From a virus (taxonomy: Duplodnaviria > Caudoviricetes), in the IMG/VR virus record IMGVR_UViG_2684623126_000004: a stretch of DNA of 64,000 bases; one strand, 5' to 3'. The first letter of the stretch is position 1; each line of letters starts with the position of its first letter. A program made the translations under genes and the position numbers. The notes under the pieces were generated by a model that was given only the letters and a program-made list of their open reading frames with translations, had not been told where the DNA came from and did not search any database. Shown piece after piece: positions 37,220 to 45,239 of the stretch.

Positions 37220-37243
37220 CAGGCAGCCTCCCCGCGTTTTTCC
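37203..37243 (-). promoter_or_regulatory. Putative late promoter (site G) pointing to XRE regulator and terminase
   Basis: GGAAAAA-N28-TACCTT at the exact consensus offset, inside the 5' end of the nuclease gene. Confidence 0.45.
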
Positions 37244-37449
37244 AGCCACGCGCGGCGCGCGCCCAGGGTCTTCTCGTCGGCCAGGCGGAACTGCGCGCAC
37301 TGGCGGGGATACACCGACGACGGGAAGGACGACGTGCTGGGGCTCATGGCGCAGAGGCCGAAACCCAGGCGGCCCATCTGCCCGGCATCCTTCATCCGGT
37401 AGTGGCCGCAGTCGATGCACTTCACGGTGTCGTCGGCATTTACCGGCAT
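37219..37449 (-). CDS. Small Cys-rich hypothetical protein
   Basis: 76 aa, CIDCGHY..GLC..C. Confidence 0.55.
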   Translation of the reverse strand: MPVNADDTVKCIDCGHYRMKDAGQMGRLGFGLCAMSPSTSSFPSSVYPRQCAQFRLADEKTLGARRAWLEKRGEAA

Positions 37450-37742
37450 CCGGCCCCCAGTCGTTCGATGGTCATGGCGAGCAAGTCCAGCTCGGACAGC
37501 CGGTAGGTGCGCTCGAAGGCGTTGGTGCCCAGCCCGTGCAGGCCGCTCTTGCCCTGGTGGTGCTCCGGGCACAAGGGCACGGTCAGGAAGTTGCTGGCGC
37601 GCTGGCTGGCCCCTTGCCCCTCGCGGATGTGATGCACCTGCGCCGGCGTGGCGCCAAGGCCAAGGTGATCGCAGAGGACGCAGCCCAGCGCGGCGACGCG
37701 GCCCATGTGGCGCTTCTCGGCGGCGGTCGGGGCGCGCTTCAT
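37440..37742 (-). CDS. Ref-like HNH nuclease (recombination enhancement family)
   Basis: LGCVLC..AQVHHIR..VPLCPEHH..GLH motif. Confidence 0.75.
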   Translation of the reverse strand: MKRAPTAAEKRHMGRVAALGCVLCDHLGLGATPAQVHHIREGQGASQRASNFLTVPLCPEHHQGKSGLHGLGTNAFERTYRLSELDLLAMTIERLGAGCR

Positions 37743-38215
37743 TGGTCGAACCTCATCAGCTCATTGACGACGCGCTCCACCTCTTCCTCGCTGGCGTAGC
37801 CGGCGGCCTTCAGCACTCGATCCCAGACCACCGTGAGCACGGCGCGGAACACCTGCTCGAACCGCTCATCGTCCATGCTGGAAAAGGACAGGCTTTCGGC
37901 TTCCAGCCGCAGCTCGCCGCGCACGTTGTAAACCGGCTTGTAGAACCCGGCCAGGATGGTCATGTCCTTGCGGAACCGCTCGAAGTCCTTGGCGACGGGC
38001 AGTCCCTTGTATTCCAGGGGCGTGACCGGCTCCCAGACCTCGAAGGCCAGCTTGAACAGGGCGAACGCCTTGCGGTGGAACTTGACGTTGCGCGCCTTGC
38101 GCACCGTTGCGCGCACGCCCTGGCCGGCCTTCAGCTTTTCGACGAAGGCGGCGGCCTCCGCGTCCGCCGGCGCCAGCGCGCCGTTGAGGGTCTTCACCAG
38201 AACCACGTCGCTCAT
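37739..38215 (-). CDS. DUF1367-family protein (nin-like region)
   Basis: RNVKFHRKAFAL..FERFRKDMTILAGFY..AESLSFSSMD motifs. Confidence 0.8.
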   Translation of the reverse strand: MSDVVLVKTLNGALAPADAEAAAFVEKLKAGQGVRATVRKARNVKFHRKAFALFKLAFEVWEPVTPLEYKGLPVAKDFERFRKDMTILAGFYKPVYNVRGELRLEAESLSFSSMDDERFEQVFRAVLTVVWDRVLKAAGYASEEEVERVVNELMRFDQ

Positions 38216-38217
38216 GG

Positions 38218-38415
38218 TCAGGCTCCAATCCGCGTGCGGTAGGTCACGATGTCGCGCGCCGTCCAGGGGCTGCAACCGAACAGGCGGCCCAGAACGCCGT
38301 AGCCCTTGCGGTGCTCGCAGTTGCTGGCCTGCCAGCCGTGGTACACGGCGCGCATTTCGCGCACCTTGGCGTCGGACAGCCGGGCCTTGTGGTGCTTCTC
38401 GCCGGGCTTAGGCAT
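38218..38415 (-). CDS. Small HTH protein
   Basis: GEKHHKARLSDAKVREMR..YGVLGRLFGCSPWTARDIV. Confidence 0.6.
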   Translation of the reverse strand: MPKPGEKHHKARLSDAKVREMRAVYHGWQASNCEHRKGYGVLGRLFGCSPWTARDIVTYRTRIGA

Positions 38416-39235
38416 GGTCGCCCCCTTTCCGATGGCTGGGCCAGTCAAAGACGACGGACTGGCCGCCGTCCTCGCGCAGACGGTCGAACACCCGCTCGCC
38501 CAGGTAGGACTTGATGCCCGGCACCACGCGCCCACCCTCTTCGGCGTCGTCCAGGGCCAGGTTCGACATGAGGATGGTCGGGCGCCGGCGCTCGTACCGC
38601 TCGTTCAGGATGTCGAACAGCAGCAGTTTTTCGGTGTCAGAGCCGAACTGCACGCCCACCTCATCGAGGATCAGCAGGTCGGGGAACACCAGCGCGGCGA
38701 TGGCCTCGCTCTCGCTCTCCCGGCTGTCGCGCCCCCAGGTGTCCTTGACGCGGCGCACCGCGCGCATGACCGTGGTGAAGAGCACGGCGGCGCCGTGGTG
38801 CTCCATGACTTCCAGGCCGATGCCGACGGCCAGGTGCGTCTTGCCGGTTCCGGGCAGGCCGATGAACAGCGCGGAGCGGCCCGTCTTGCGGATCTCGCCG
38901 AACTGGGCGGCGTAGGCGATGGCGAAGTCCAGCGCGCGCTTCTGTCCGGGCAGTTTCGCCGCGTAGGTGGCAAGGCGGCGTTCGCGGAACCGCTCGGGGA
39001 TGCCGGCCTCGCCGATCTTGCGCTGCCAGCGGGCCACCGCATCGGCGCGCACCTTGGCGTCAGCCTCGGCCTGCTCGCGGGCCTTCTCTTCGGCGGCGCA
39101 GGTCGGGCAGGCCGTCCAGGCGTTGCCCAGGAAGCAGCGCGCCTCGAACGGGCCGTGCGTCGCGCAGGTGTCCTCGCGGGTCAGCGGCGGAGTGTGGAAG
39201 CCGGAATGGATGGGTTTCGCGGTCGTGGCGGTCAC
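38408..39235 (-). CDS. DnaC/IstB-like helicase loader
   Basis: Zn motif CATH..CPTC, Walker A GLPGTGKT, LLILDEVG, ILNERYE, SNL, R.FDRL. Confidence 0.9.
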   Translation of the reverse strand: MTATTAKPIHSGFHTPPLTREDTCATHGPFEARCFLGNAWTACPTCAAEEKAREQAEADAKVRADAVARWQRKIGEAGIPERFRERRLATYAAKLPGQKRALDFAIAYAAQFGEIRKTGRSALFIGLPGTGKTHLAVGIGLEVMEHHGAAVLFTTVMRAVRRVKDTWGRDSRESESEAIAALVFPDLLILDEVGVQFGSDTEKLLLFDILNERYERRRPTILMSNLALDDAEEGGRVVPGIKSYLGERVFDRLREDGGQSVVFDWPSHRKGGDHA

Positions 39236-40152
39236 AGTGCGCCTCCTTGGCCGTAGTTGCGGTTCTCGTAGCCGCCGTGGGTGCCGGTCGCCGCCGGGCC
39301 GCGCGCGGCACTACCCTCTTGGCCCTGCTTGGCGTACCAGGTCGCCCGGAAGCCCTGCCACGAGTTCGTCGCGGACACGCGCACGGCATCGGCGGGGGTG
39401 ATGCCGGCCTTGGCGGCCTCGGCCTTCACGTCATCCCAAGCGGTTTGCGTCAGAGGGGCGCGCTTCGCGGAACGCACCTTCAGCCAGTCCTCGGCATGCT
39501 TGCGCTCCACGCCCTCGGCAACCAGCTCGCGCACGCCCAGCGCACGCGGCAGACGGTCGGCACCCTTGCCGCCTTCGGCAGCAGGCGCAGCAGCACCGCC
39601 AGGCTGTCCGGGTTCAGCAGGCAAGCCTTCGCCGTCAGGCCCAGGGGCCGAAGGTGCAGGCGCGCAAGCGCCCCCTGTATTCCCGTCAGGGAATACAGAA
39701 GAATCTTTATCTGTATCTTTATCTAGCGTGACATCGCGTGACGCGACGTGACCACTGCCATTCCCAGCAGCTTCGCGGGCCTGCTTTTCGCGCTCGCGCT
39801 GGGCCTGCTTCCTCTCGGCAGCGGACTTTGCGCCGGTTTCCGGGTTGCCCGCATCCTCGCGTTTCGGCTGGCGCTTTTCCCAGCCGGACAGGCGATCACC
39901 GTCCAGCACGCGGCCCTGCATGGCCTTGAAAATCGCCTCGATGGCCTCGTCCGTCACGTCGAGCGCGCTTGCCACATCTTCCGCCGTGACAGTGACGTGA
40001 CCGCGCGTGACATTTCGTGACGCATCCACCATCAGATGCAGGGCAACCGACAGAACAAGGGAAATAGGCTGGCCGGAAGTGCGCGCGACGGTACGCCACT
40101 TCGGGTCATTGGGCATGTCATGCCACAGCCTGAACCACTCAATAGCCGCCAT
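39232..40152 (-). CDS. Lambdoid replication initiator (O-analogue, YdaU-like)
   Basis: WFRLWHDMPNDPKW..GWEKRQPKRED; DKDTDKD linker; WQGF C-terminal domain; upstream of the DnaC-like gene. Confidence 0.8.
   Translation of the reverse strand: MAAIEWFRLWHDMPNDPKWRTVARTSGQPISLVLSVALHLMVDASRNVTRGHVTVTAEDVASALDVTDEAIEAIFKAMQGRVLDGDRLSGWEKRQPKREDAGNPETGAKSAAERKQAQREREKQAREAAGNGSGHVASRDVTLDKDTDKDSSVFPDGNTGGACAPAPSAPGPDGEGLPAEPGQPGGAAAPAAEGGKGADRLPRALGVRELVAEGVERKHAEDWLKVRSAKRAPLTQTAWDDVKAEAAKAGITPADAVRVSATNSWQGFRATWYAKQGQEGSAARGPAATGTHGGYENRNYGQGGAL
39700..40021. repeat. Iteron-like CGTGAC repeats with 10-bp phasing and an adjacent AT-rich patch (putative ori)
   Basis: CGTGAC at 39727, 39737, 39747 and 39985, 39996, 40006, 40016; AT-rich 39700-39726. 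Confidence 0.6.
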
Positions 40153-41392
40153 GCAGCCCCCCATTGCTGGCAGCGAAAGCCGCGTTGAAGCCGGGGGCGC
40201 CCCGGAAGCGTTGCGCCGCCGCAATCAGGTATTCCCGGCACCGCTCCGTAACCAGCCAGCGCCGGTTATTCAGCTCGGCACCGCGCCCGGTCGTCGCCCA
40301 TCCACCAAACGGATCCACGATCAGGTCGCCGACCTCGGACAGGAAACGGACGAAGTGCTCTGCCAGCTTGACCGGCATCAGCGCCGGATGGGCCGGCAGG
40401 TCGTGCCGCATCGCAAAGTCACGCGCGGGTTGCTGGTCTGGGTCGCGGTGTGGGACGGCCAGCACGTTGCGGGCGATAGCGCCCTCGGTCGGCGCGCTGA
40501 AACTGCCCTCGCGCACCGTGTAGGCTCCGCCGGCGTAACGGGCGTACTGCCGCACGCCACCAGCGTCCATGAACCTGCGGTGCTTGTCGGTGTGCTCGCG
40601 CAGGCAGCGGCGATTGTCGGCAATCACCAGCTCCGGGTCATTGGTGAACCACAGCACATGCTCGTAGGCCGTGTTGTGATGCACGCGCTTGATCGAGGCC
40701 CATTGCACGGGGCCGGGCGGCTTCGTCGGGTTGTGCCAGACGAAACGCTCCATCAGATGCAGGCCCAGCTTGTCGTGCAGCGCCAGGGTCAGCCGTTCCA
40801 GGTAAAGCGAGCGCGCCGGGGATCCAGGCACGAAAATATCGTTACCAAGGTTCAGCACCACGCTACCGCCGGGCCGCAAGTGCGCCACAATGGGCTCAAG
40901 AATCGGCAGCAGCCAGTCAATGTAGGCGGTTTGGTTGGCATTGCCGTAGGCGCGTTGTTTCGCCAGCGGGTACGGCGGCGAGGTAAAGGCCAGTGTGATT
41001 TGCTCGCCAAGTCCAGAGAACACATCCTCGGCATTCGCCCAGAGGGCGCAGCCAAGGTCGGTAGAGAACGCCAGCAGGATGGAGCGACGCGGTGCCGGCG
41101 TCAGCTCCTTCTTCGCATCACCGCTCAAGCGCCAGGTGCCACGATCAACCCGTTCCAGAACACCAAGGTGCTTCAGGGTCTGTTGGTGCCAGCGCACCTT
41201 GCGCTCGAACAGGTTGTAGCTCTTGCCGGACTTGCCTACGGGTGCGCGCGCGTCAAGCGCCGCCTCGGGGATGTCGAGCTGTAGGGCAAGCTGCTGGAAA
41301 AGCTCGCGGTTCGTCAGGTGGTCACGGCCAACAAACGGCGCCAGCACGTCTTCGGCGGAAAGGCCCTTGATGTCATCCATCTGCGGCTTCAT
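40139..41392 (-). CDS. Orphan beta-class DNA MTase (SPPY, probably N4-cytosine) with Mrr_N-like winged-helix N-terminus
   Basis: FTSPPY (motif IV) precedes DPFGGWATTG (motif I); N-terminal FERKVRWHQQTLKHLGVLERVDRGTW. Confidence 0.85.
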   Translation of the reverse strand: MKPQMDDIKGLSAEDVLAPFVGRDHLTNRELFQQLALQLDIPEAALDARAPVGKSGKSYNLFERKVRWHQQTLKHLGVLERVDRGTWRLSGDAKKELTPAPRRSILLAFSTDLGCALWANAEDVFSGLGEQITLAFTSPPYPLAKQRAYGNANQTAYIDWLLPILEPIVAHLRPGGSVVLNLGNDIFVPGSPARSLYLERLTLALHDKLGLHLMERFVWHNPTKPPGPVQWASIKRVHHNTAYEHVLWFTNDPELVIADNRRCLREHTDKHRRFMDAGGVRQYARYAGGAYTVREGSFSAPTEGAIARNVLAVPHRDPDQQPARDFAMRHDLPAHPALMPVKLAEHFVRFLSEVGDLIVDPFGGWATTGRGAELNNRRWLVTERCREYLIAAAQRFRGAPGFNAAFAASNGGLHGGY

Positions 41393-41890
41393 TCAGCACC
41401 CCGCAATCGGATGAACGCGCCCGACAGGCCGCACGCGGCCAAGGCTTCGGCATTGGCCTTGCCAAAGGCGATCAGGACGGATGGGGCGCCCGAATTTCCG
41501 GCACGCCCCCCCCCCAGGAAGCCTGAACGACAGGCGCCCACGCAGGAACAGCATGGCGTCGGCCTTGGGCCAAACGTGGTCTTGGAAGACAGCGGTTTCG
41601 GTGCGCGCAAACACCAGGGCAATAGCGTTGCCGTGGGCGGCGCAGCGTTCCAGCCACAGGGCCGCGTGCGGGCCATAGGGCGGGTTGCACCAGACACGGC
41701 CAGCCCATTCGCGGGTCAGGCCGTCGTCGCGGATGGTGAATTGCTGGCGTGCCGTGCGCCACGGCTGAAACTCGCTCGCGCAGGGGTCGAGGTCGAACTC
41801 GCCCAGCGTCGCCAGTAGTTCGGGCGGGGTCAGCCAGTCGTGTGTCGTGGCGGTCGAGCCGGATTCTCCGGTTTCAAACAGGACGTTCAA
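41389..41890 (-). pseudogene. Phage Dam-like N6-adenine MTase frameshifted at a G10 tract
   Basis: DWLTP..FDLDPCA..WCNPPY..ARTET..FLRGRL in one frame; the conserved GNSGAPSVLIAFG continues in another frame after poly-G 41506-41515. G9 would restore the frame and an ATGA overlap with the next gene. Confidence 0.8.
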
Positions 41891-42279
41891 GCCTGGCCCT
41901 CCGCCTGTTTGCCGTTGCCGGGTGCATAGAGGCGTCCGCCGGCGGTTCCATGCCCGCGCACGCGCGCGCAGGTTCCCGCCACGCGGATGTCTCCGTTGCG
42001 GATGGCCTTGGCGTAGATGGAACCGAAAGCCCGGTCGTCCTTGGGGCGGATGCCAGCGGCGCGCGCGGCAAGCGTCACCTGCTCGCCGGGCACGCTGCCC
42101 AGCGCGGCTGCCTGCTCGCGCACGTAGGCGACGATGAAGGCATAGGCCCGCTCGCCGAAGCTGGGGTCGGCGGACGTGGCCGCGTCGAAGGAAAGCTGCA
42201 TCTGCTGCTCACCCAGGCGGCGCGCGGTGGCGGCGCGGCGGGCGTGCGAAGGATGTTGCAGGGTTTCGGTGTTCATCAT
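41887..42279 (-). CDS. Hypothetical protein
   Basis: 130-aa ORF; stop overlaps the next start. Confidence 0.6.
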   Translation of the reverse strand: MMNTETLQHPSHARRAATARRLGEQQMQLSFDAATSADPSFGERAYAFIVAYVREQAAALGSVPGEQVTLAARAAGIRPKDDRAFGSIYAKAIRNGDIRVAGTCARVRGHGTAGGRLYAPGNGKQAEGQA

Positions 42280-42291
42280 GGCATCCAGCTC

Positions 42292-42489
42292 CTACACGTC
42301 GGTCGGCCCGATCTGGATGCGGCGCGCCGGCTGGGCCTGCTCGGCGGGTGCGTGGGATTCCGTGGCCGGCGTACTGACGAAGCGCGAACGCTCCGGGCGC
42401 GTGGCGCGGTAGGTGGTCTGGCTCATGCCATCGCGCACGGCCTGCTCGGGCTGCACGCCGTCAAGAACGGTGGTCGGGGCGCTGGTCAT
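42292..42489 (-). CDS. Small hypothetical protein
   Basis: 65 aa; ATG 2 nt after the cII stop. Confidence 0.45.
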   Translation of the reverse strand: MTSAPTTVLDGVQPEQAVRDGMSQTTYRATRPERSRFVSTPATESHAPAEQAQPARRIQIGPTDV

Positions 42490-42491
42490 GG

Positions 42492-42950
42492 TCAGTTCCC
42501 CCGGATGGCCTGAAGAAGCTCTCCACTGGCCTTCATCAGCGCCAGCAGCAGCGGTTCCAGCGTGCGGCGCTCGTCGCCGTCGAAGCGGCCATCCATCGCG
42601 GCCTCGGATCCGGCGCCGAACAGCTCGGACGACGCCTTCACCAGGGACAGGAACAGCTTGACGGCCTCGGCAGGCGGACGGGCTTCCAACTCGAAGTCCA
42701 TAGGAACCTGCCCGACGAGGTGGGCCAGCGCGAAGATGGCGCGCTTGGCTTGGGCCACGACGACGATTTCGAGGATGACGCTGAAGGACGGCGGCGGGGC
42801 CTCGTGGTCGGGGTTGATGCCGTTGGCGAGGGTGTTGCCGTTCATACCCATCGTTTCGGCGATGGCGCGGACGCCGCCGGGGTATTCCTTGGCGTCGGCC
42901 TGAAGGGCCAGAAACAGGGCGCGGTGAGCTTGTTTGATGGGGCGGCGCAT
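42492..42950 (-). CDS. cII: CII-like regulator
   Basis: YPGGVRAIAETMGMNGNTLANGINP HTH pattern; position after cro; strong SD AAGGAG. Confidence 0.7.
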   Translation of the reverse strand: MRRPIKQAHRALFLALQADAKEYPGGVRAIAETMGMNGNTLANGINPDHEAPPPSFSVILEIVVVAQAKRAIFALAHLVGQVPMDFELEARPPAEAVKLFLSLVKASSELFGAGSEAAMDGRFDGDERRTLEPLLLALMKASGELLQAIRGN

Positions 42951-43030
42951 TGGCGAACGTCTCCTTTTTTTCGTCTAGTCCCGCGCTTGGCGGTGGTGGA
43001 AACTGGCTTCGTCGAAAGAAAGGAAACCCG

Positions 43031-43291
43031 TCATGCAGCAGCCTCGCTTCCAGTCGTCTCGTTATTTGCAGCAGCGCCAGAGCCGCGCAGGTAGGCCCAA
43101 TCAACGTCAGGGCGCAGCTCTTCGCACGTCACGGCACCGCCCGTGGCCTTCTCGATGGCCGGGCAGCGTTCAGCGGGGATGGGCCGGGTGTTGTTCGCCC
43201 ACTGGGAAATGAGCACGGGCGCAACTTCGAGCGCCCGCCCAAGGGCGGCAGCCCGTCCGCGTTGCTGATCGATGTAGGTTCGCAGGTTCAT
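43031..43291 (-). CDS. cro: Cro-like repressor (YdaS family)
   Basis: AAALGRALEVAPVLISQW..IPAERCPAIEKATGGAVTCEELRPDVDW; divergent from cI. Confidence 0.85.
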   Translation of the reverse strand: MNLRTYIDQQRGRAAALGRALEVAPVLISQWANNTRPIPAERCPAIEKATGGAVTCEELRPDVDWAYLRGSGAAANNETTGSEAAA

Positions 43292-43302
43292 GCTGCGAAT
43301 AA

Positions 43303-43363
43303 TAGCACGGTGCTACACAAAAGCAATAGCACCGTGCGTCTTCCAATAATTAGCAGGGTGCTA
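43303..43363. promoter_or_regulatory. OR-like operator region with three 13-bp palindromes (consensus TAGCACNGTGCTA) and overlapping PR/PRM-like promoters
   Basis: Sites at 43303, 43327 and 43351 (24-bp spacing). Minus strand TTGCTT-N16-TATTAT; plus strand TTCCAA-N17-TGGAAT. Confidence 0.85.
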
Positions 43364-43376
43364 TGGAATAGAGGGT

Positions 43377-43823
43377 ATGAGAACAATAGAAGAGGTACGT
43401 CACGATTGGCTCTTGCGGCTGGTTGAAAAGCACGGCACGGTGGCCGACCTGAACGCCGCGCTGGGCCGCACGCGCACGGACGCAACCCTCACCCAAATCA
43501 AGAACAAAGCGCCCAATACCCGGACTGGGAAGGTCAGGAGCATGGGCAGCGACCTCGCGCGCGAAATCGAAGAAAAATTAGGGATGGAGCGCGGAACCCT
43601 CGATCACGAGCCGAAAGAAACTGCTCAAGTCGGTGATGCGCAAGGGCCTTGGACGGCCTACGAGCGCGCGGACGAGGTGCGCCGAGAGCTGGTCAATGCC
43701 GTCCTCAACATCGGCAGCGCGCCGCCGTGGCTGGATCCGTCGGCAGTTAAGTTCCTCGTTGGAATGACGAAGGAAGCTGCCGACAGTTTCAGCGCCGAGA
43801 GAAAAAAGAAACCCGCCGCCTAA
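43377..43823 (+). CDS. cI: CI-like repressor (N-terminal HTH, no S24 peptidase domain)
   Basis: Divergent from cro across the operators; MGSDLAREIEEKLGMERGTLD motif of prophage repressors. Confidence 0.75.
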   Translation: MRTIEEVRHDWLLRLVEKHGTVADLNAALGRTRTDATLTQIKNKAPNTRTGKVRSMGSDLAREIEEKLGMERGTLDHEPKETAQVGDAQGPWTAYERADEVRRELVNAVLNIGSAPPWLDPSAVKFLVGMTKEAADSFSAERKKKPAA

Positions 43824-43835
43824 GCTGACGCTCGT

Positions 43836-44684
43836 ATGGTCGAGGGGAACGTAGTGCAAGAAAAAATCGAAGTCGCCACCGATGACATAGAAACCATCCT
43901 GCGCTTCATGCTGGGCTTCTATCACATCAACACGGGCGCCGCCGACGACCTGTTTAATATCGAGCCGGCGCACCGCGAGCGCGTCGTGGAAACCGGCATG
44001 GCACGCACCGTCGCCCAGCTCGCCAAGCTGGGAATCCCGTGCATCGAAGGAAAGCTGCGCGGCGGCTCCCTGGTCTTCCTGGGCGACCCAGACCTTGAAG
44101 CACACAAGGCACTGTATGGGCCGGGCACCATCTGCGTGTTGGAGAAGCACATGGCCCAGCACGATGAGCGCGCCCTGCTCGATGGGTTCGAGGCCAGGGT
44201 GAGGCTGGATGGCTCCGACACTTGGCTATGTGTCGGCATCAGCCCCACGGCAGCCTTTGAAGATGAAGATGAAGAGCCCGAAGAGGAAGAGCCGCCGATG
44301 CTCCCTCCGCCATCCACCATGCACGACATCAACCGCGTCGCAGTCATTGCGGCAAGTGCCGATGGCTTCGGTGTCGTAGCGCGAAACCGCGAGCTACGCG
44401 CCGACTTCGTGCGCCCTATTGCGCAGAGCGAGTTGCCTGAATCGGAAGAGTCCATCGTCCAGGCCATCGCGCAACAGGCCGTGACGTTCTGGGAGTTCGG
44501 TGTGGTGCCGATGCGCGCGAAGGAATTAAAATCGAGCGGAAAGAAGATCGCCGAGATTGCAGAAGCCCTTGGCATCACCAAGCAGCGCGCCGAACGCGCC
44601 GTGGGCATGGAAATGAAGCTCACGCTCATTGAGAAGATGGCAGAGTATCAGGCCAAGAACGAACAGAAAGGAATCGCACCATGA
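43836..44684 (+). CDS. Unknown protein with acidic linker and C-terminal HTH (immunity-region accessory)
   Basis: 282-aa ORF; KKIAEIAEALGITKQRAERAV. Confidence 0.65.
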   Translation: MVEGNVVQEKIEVATDDIETILRFMLGFYHINTGAADDLFNIEPAHRERVVETGMARTVAQLAKLGIPCIEGKLRGGSLVFLGDPDLEAHKALYGPGTICVLEKHMAQHDERALLDGFEARVRLDGSDTWLCVGISPTAAFEDEDEEPEEEEPPMLPPPSTMHDINRVAVIAASADGFGVVARNRELRADFVRPIAQSELPESEESIVQAIAQQAVTFWEFGVVPMRAKELKSSGKKIAEIAEALGITKQRAERAVGMEMKLTLIEKMAEYQAKNEQKGIAP

Positions 44685-45118
44685 CCATGCTTCGCACCGC
44701 GCTCCTTGCCGCCATGCTGCTGGCCGGCGTAGCGCAGGCCGCACCACCCGCGCTGTCCGATCAGCAAATATCGACGATTGCCGGGATGATGTTCCAAGCC
44801 TACGCCGAGGGTGGCGTGCCCCAGATGTTCGCCGACGAAATGAAGTGCTGGGACGACGCATCGAAGACCAAGCGCGCCGACAAAAACGTGGTGGCCGCCT
44901 GCGCCACAGCGGCAATGTCCGGCGGCCTGATCGAGGCATCATTTGCACGCAAGCAGCGGCGCGGCCCGAGTCCGCAGTACGCCGGCGACGCCATCCGCGC
45001 GCGCATATCCGACCTGTCCGGCTTGAATCCCGACGTGCTGCAATCCCTATCCGATGAAACCCTGCGGCCAGGCGTACCCGCCATGCTGACCGGCCTACAG
45101 GGCGCCGGCATGAGATAG
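44681..45118 (+). CDS. Secreted/periplasmic protein (signal peptide, two Cys)
   Basis: MTMLRTALLAAMLLAGVAQA signal peptide; ATGA overlap with the upstream gene. Confidence 0.7.
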   Translation: MTMLRTALLAAMLLAGVAQAAPPALSDQQISTIAGMMFQAYAEGGVPQMFADEMKCWDDASKTKRADKNVVAACATAAMSGGLIEASFARKQRRGPSPQYAGDAIRARISDLSGLNPDVLQSLSDETLRPGVPAMLTGLQGAGMR

Positions 45119-45148
45119 CCGCCTCTCCCTCCCGCCCCCGCACCGCCC

Positions 45149-45180
45149 AGAAGCCCGGCCATTTGGCCGGGTTTTCTTTT
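45149..45180 (+). terminator. Intrinsic terminator ending the cI operon
   Basis: AAGCCCGGCC-ATTT-GGCCGGGTTTTCTTTT. Confidence 0.85.
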
Positions 45181-45191
45181 GTCGAAAAATT

Positions 45192-45232
45192 TAGCACGGT
45201 GCTATTGACAATGAAAAGCACGGTGCTATCAT
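45192..45232 (+). promoter_or_regulatory. PL-like promoter with two OL operators
   Basis: TAGCACGGTGCTA at 45192 and AAGCACGGTGCTA at 45216 (24-bp spacing); TTGACA 45205-45210 and TATCAT 45227-45232. Confidence 0.88.
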
Positions 45233-45239
45233 TCGCCTT

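Noticed and set aside
745-39880. Other GGAAAA copies as late promoters (750, 10111, 10935, 32609, 39879)
   Set aside because: No TAnnnT at the conserved offset; they are intragenic and consistent with chance.
43031-43291. Toxin-antitoxin reading of the YdaS-family protein
   Set aside because: Its position opposite cI with shared operators identifies it as Cro.
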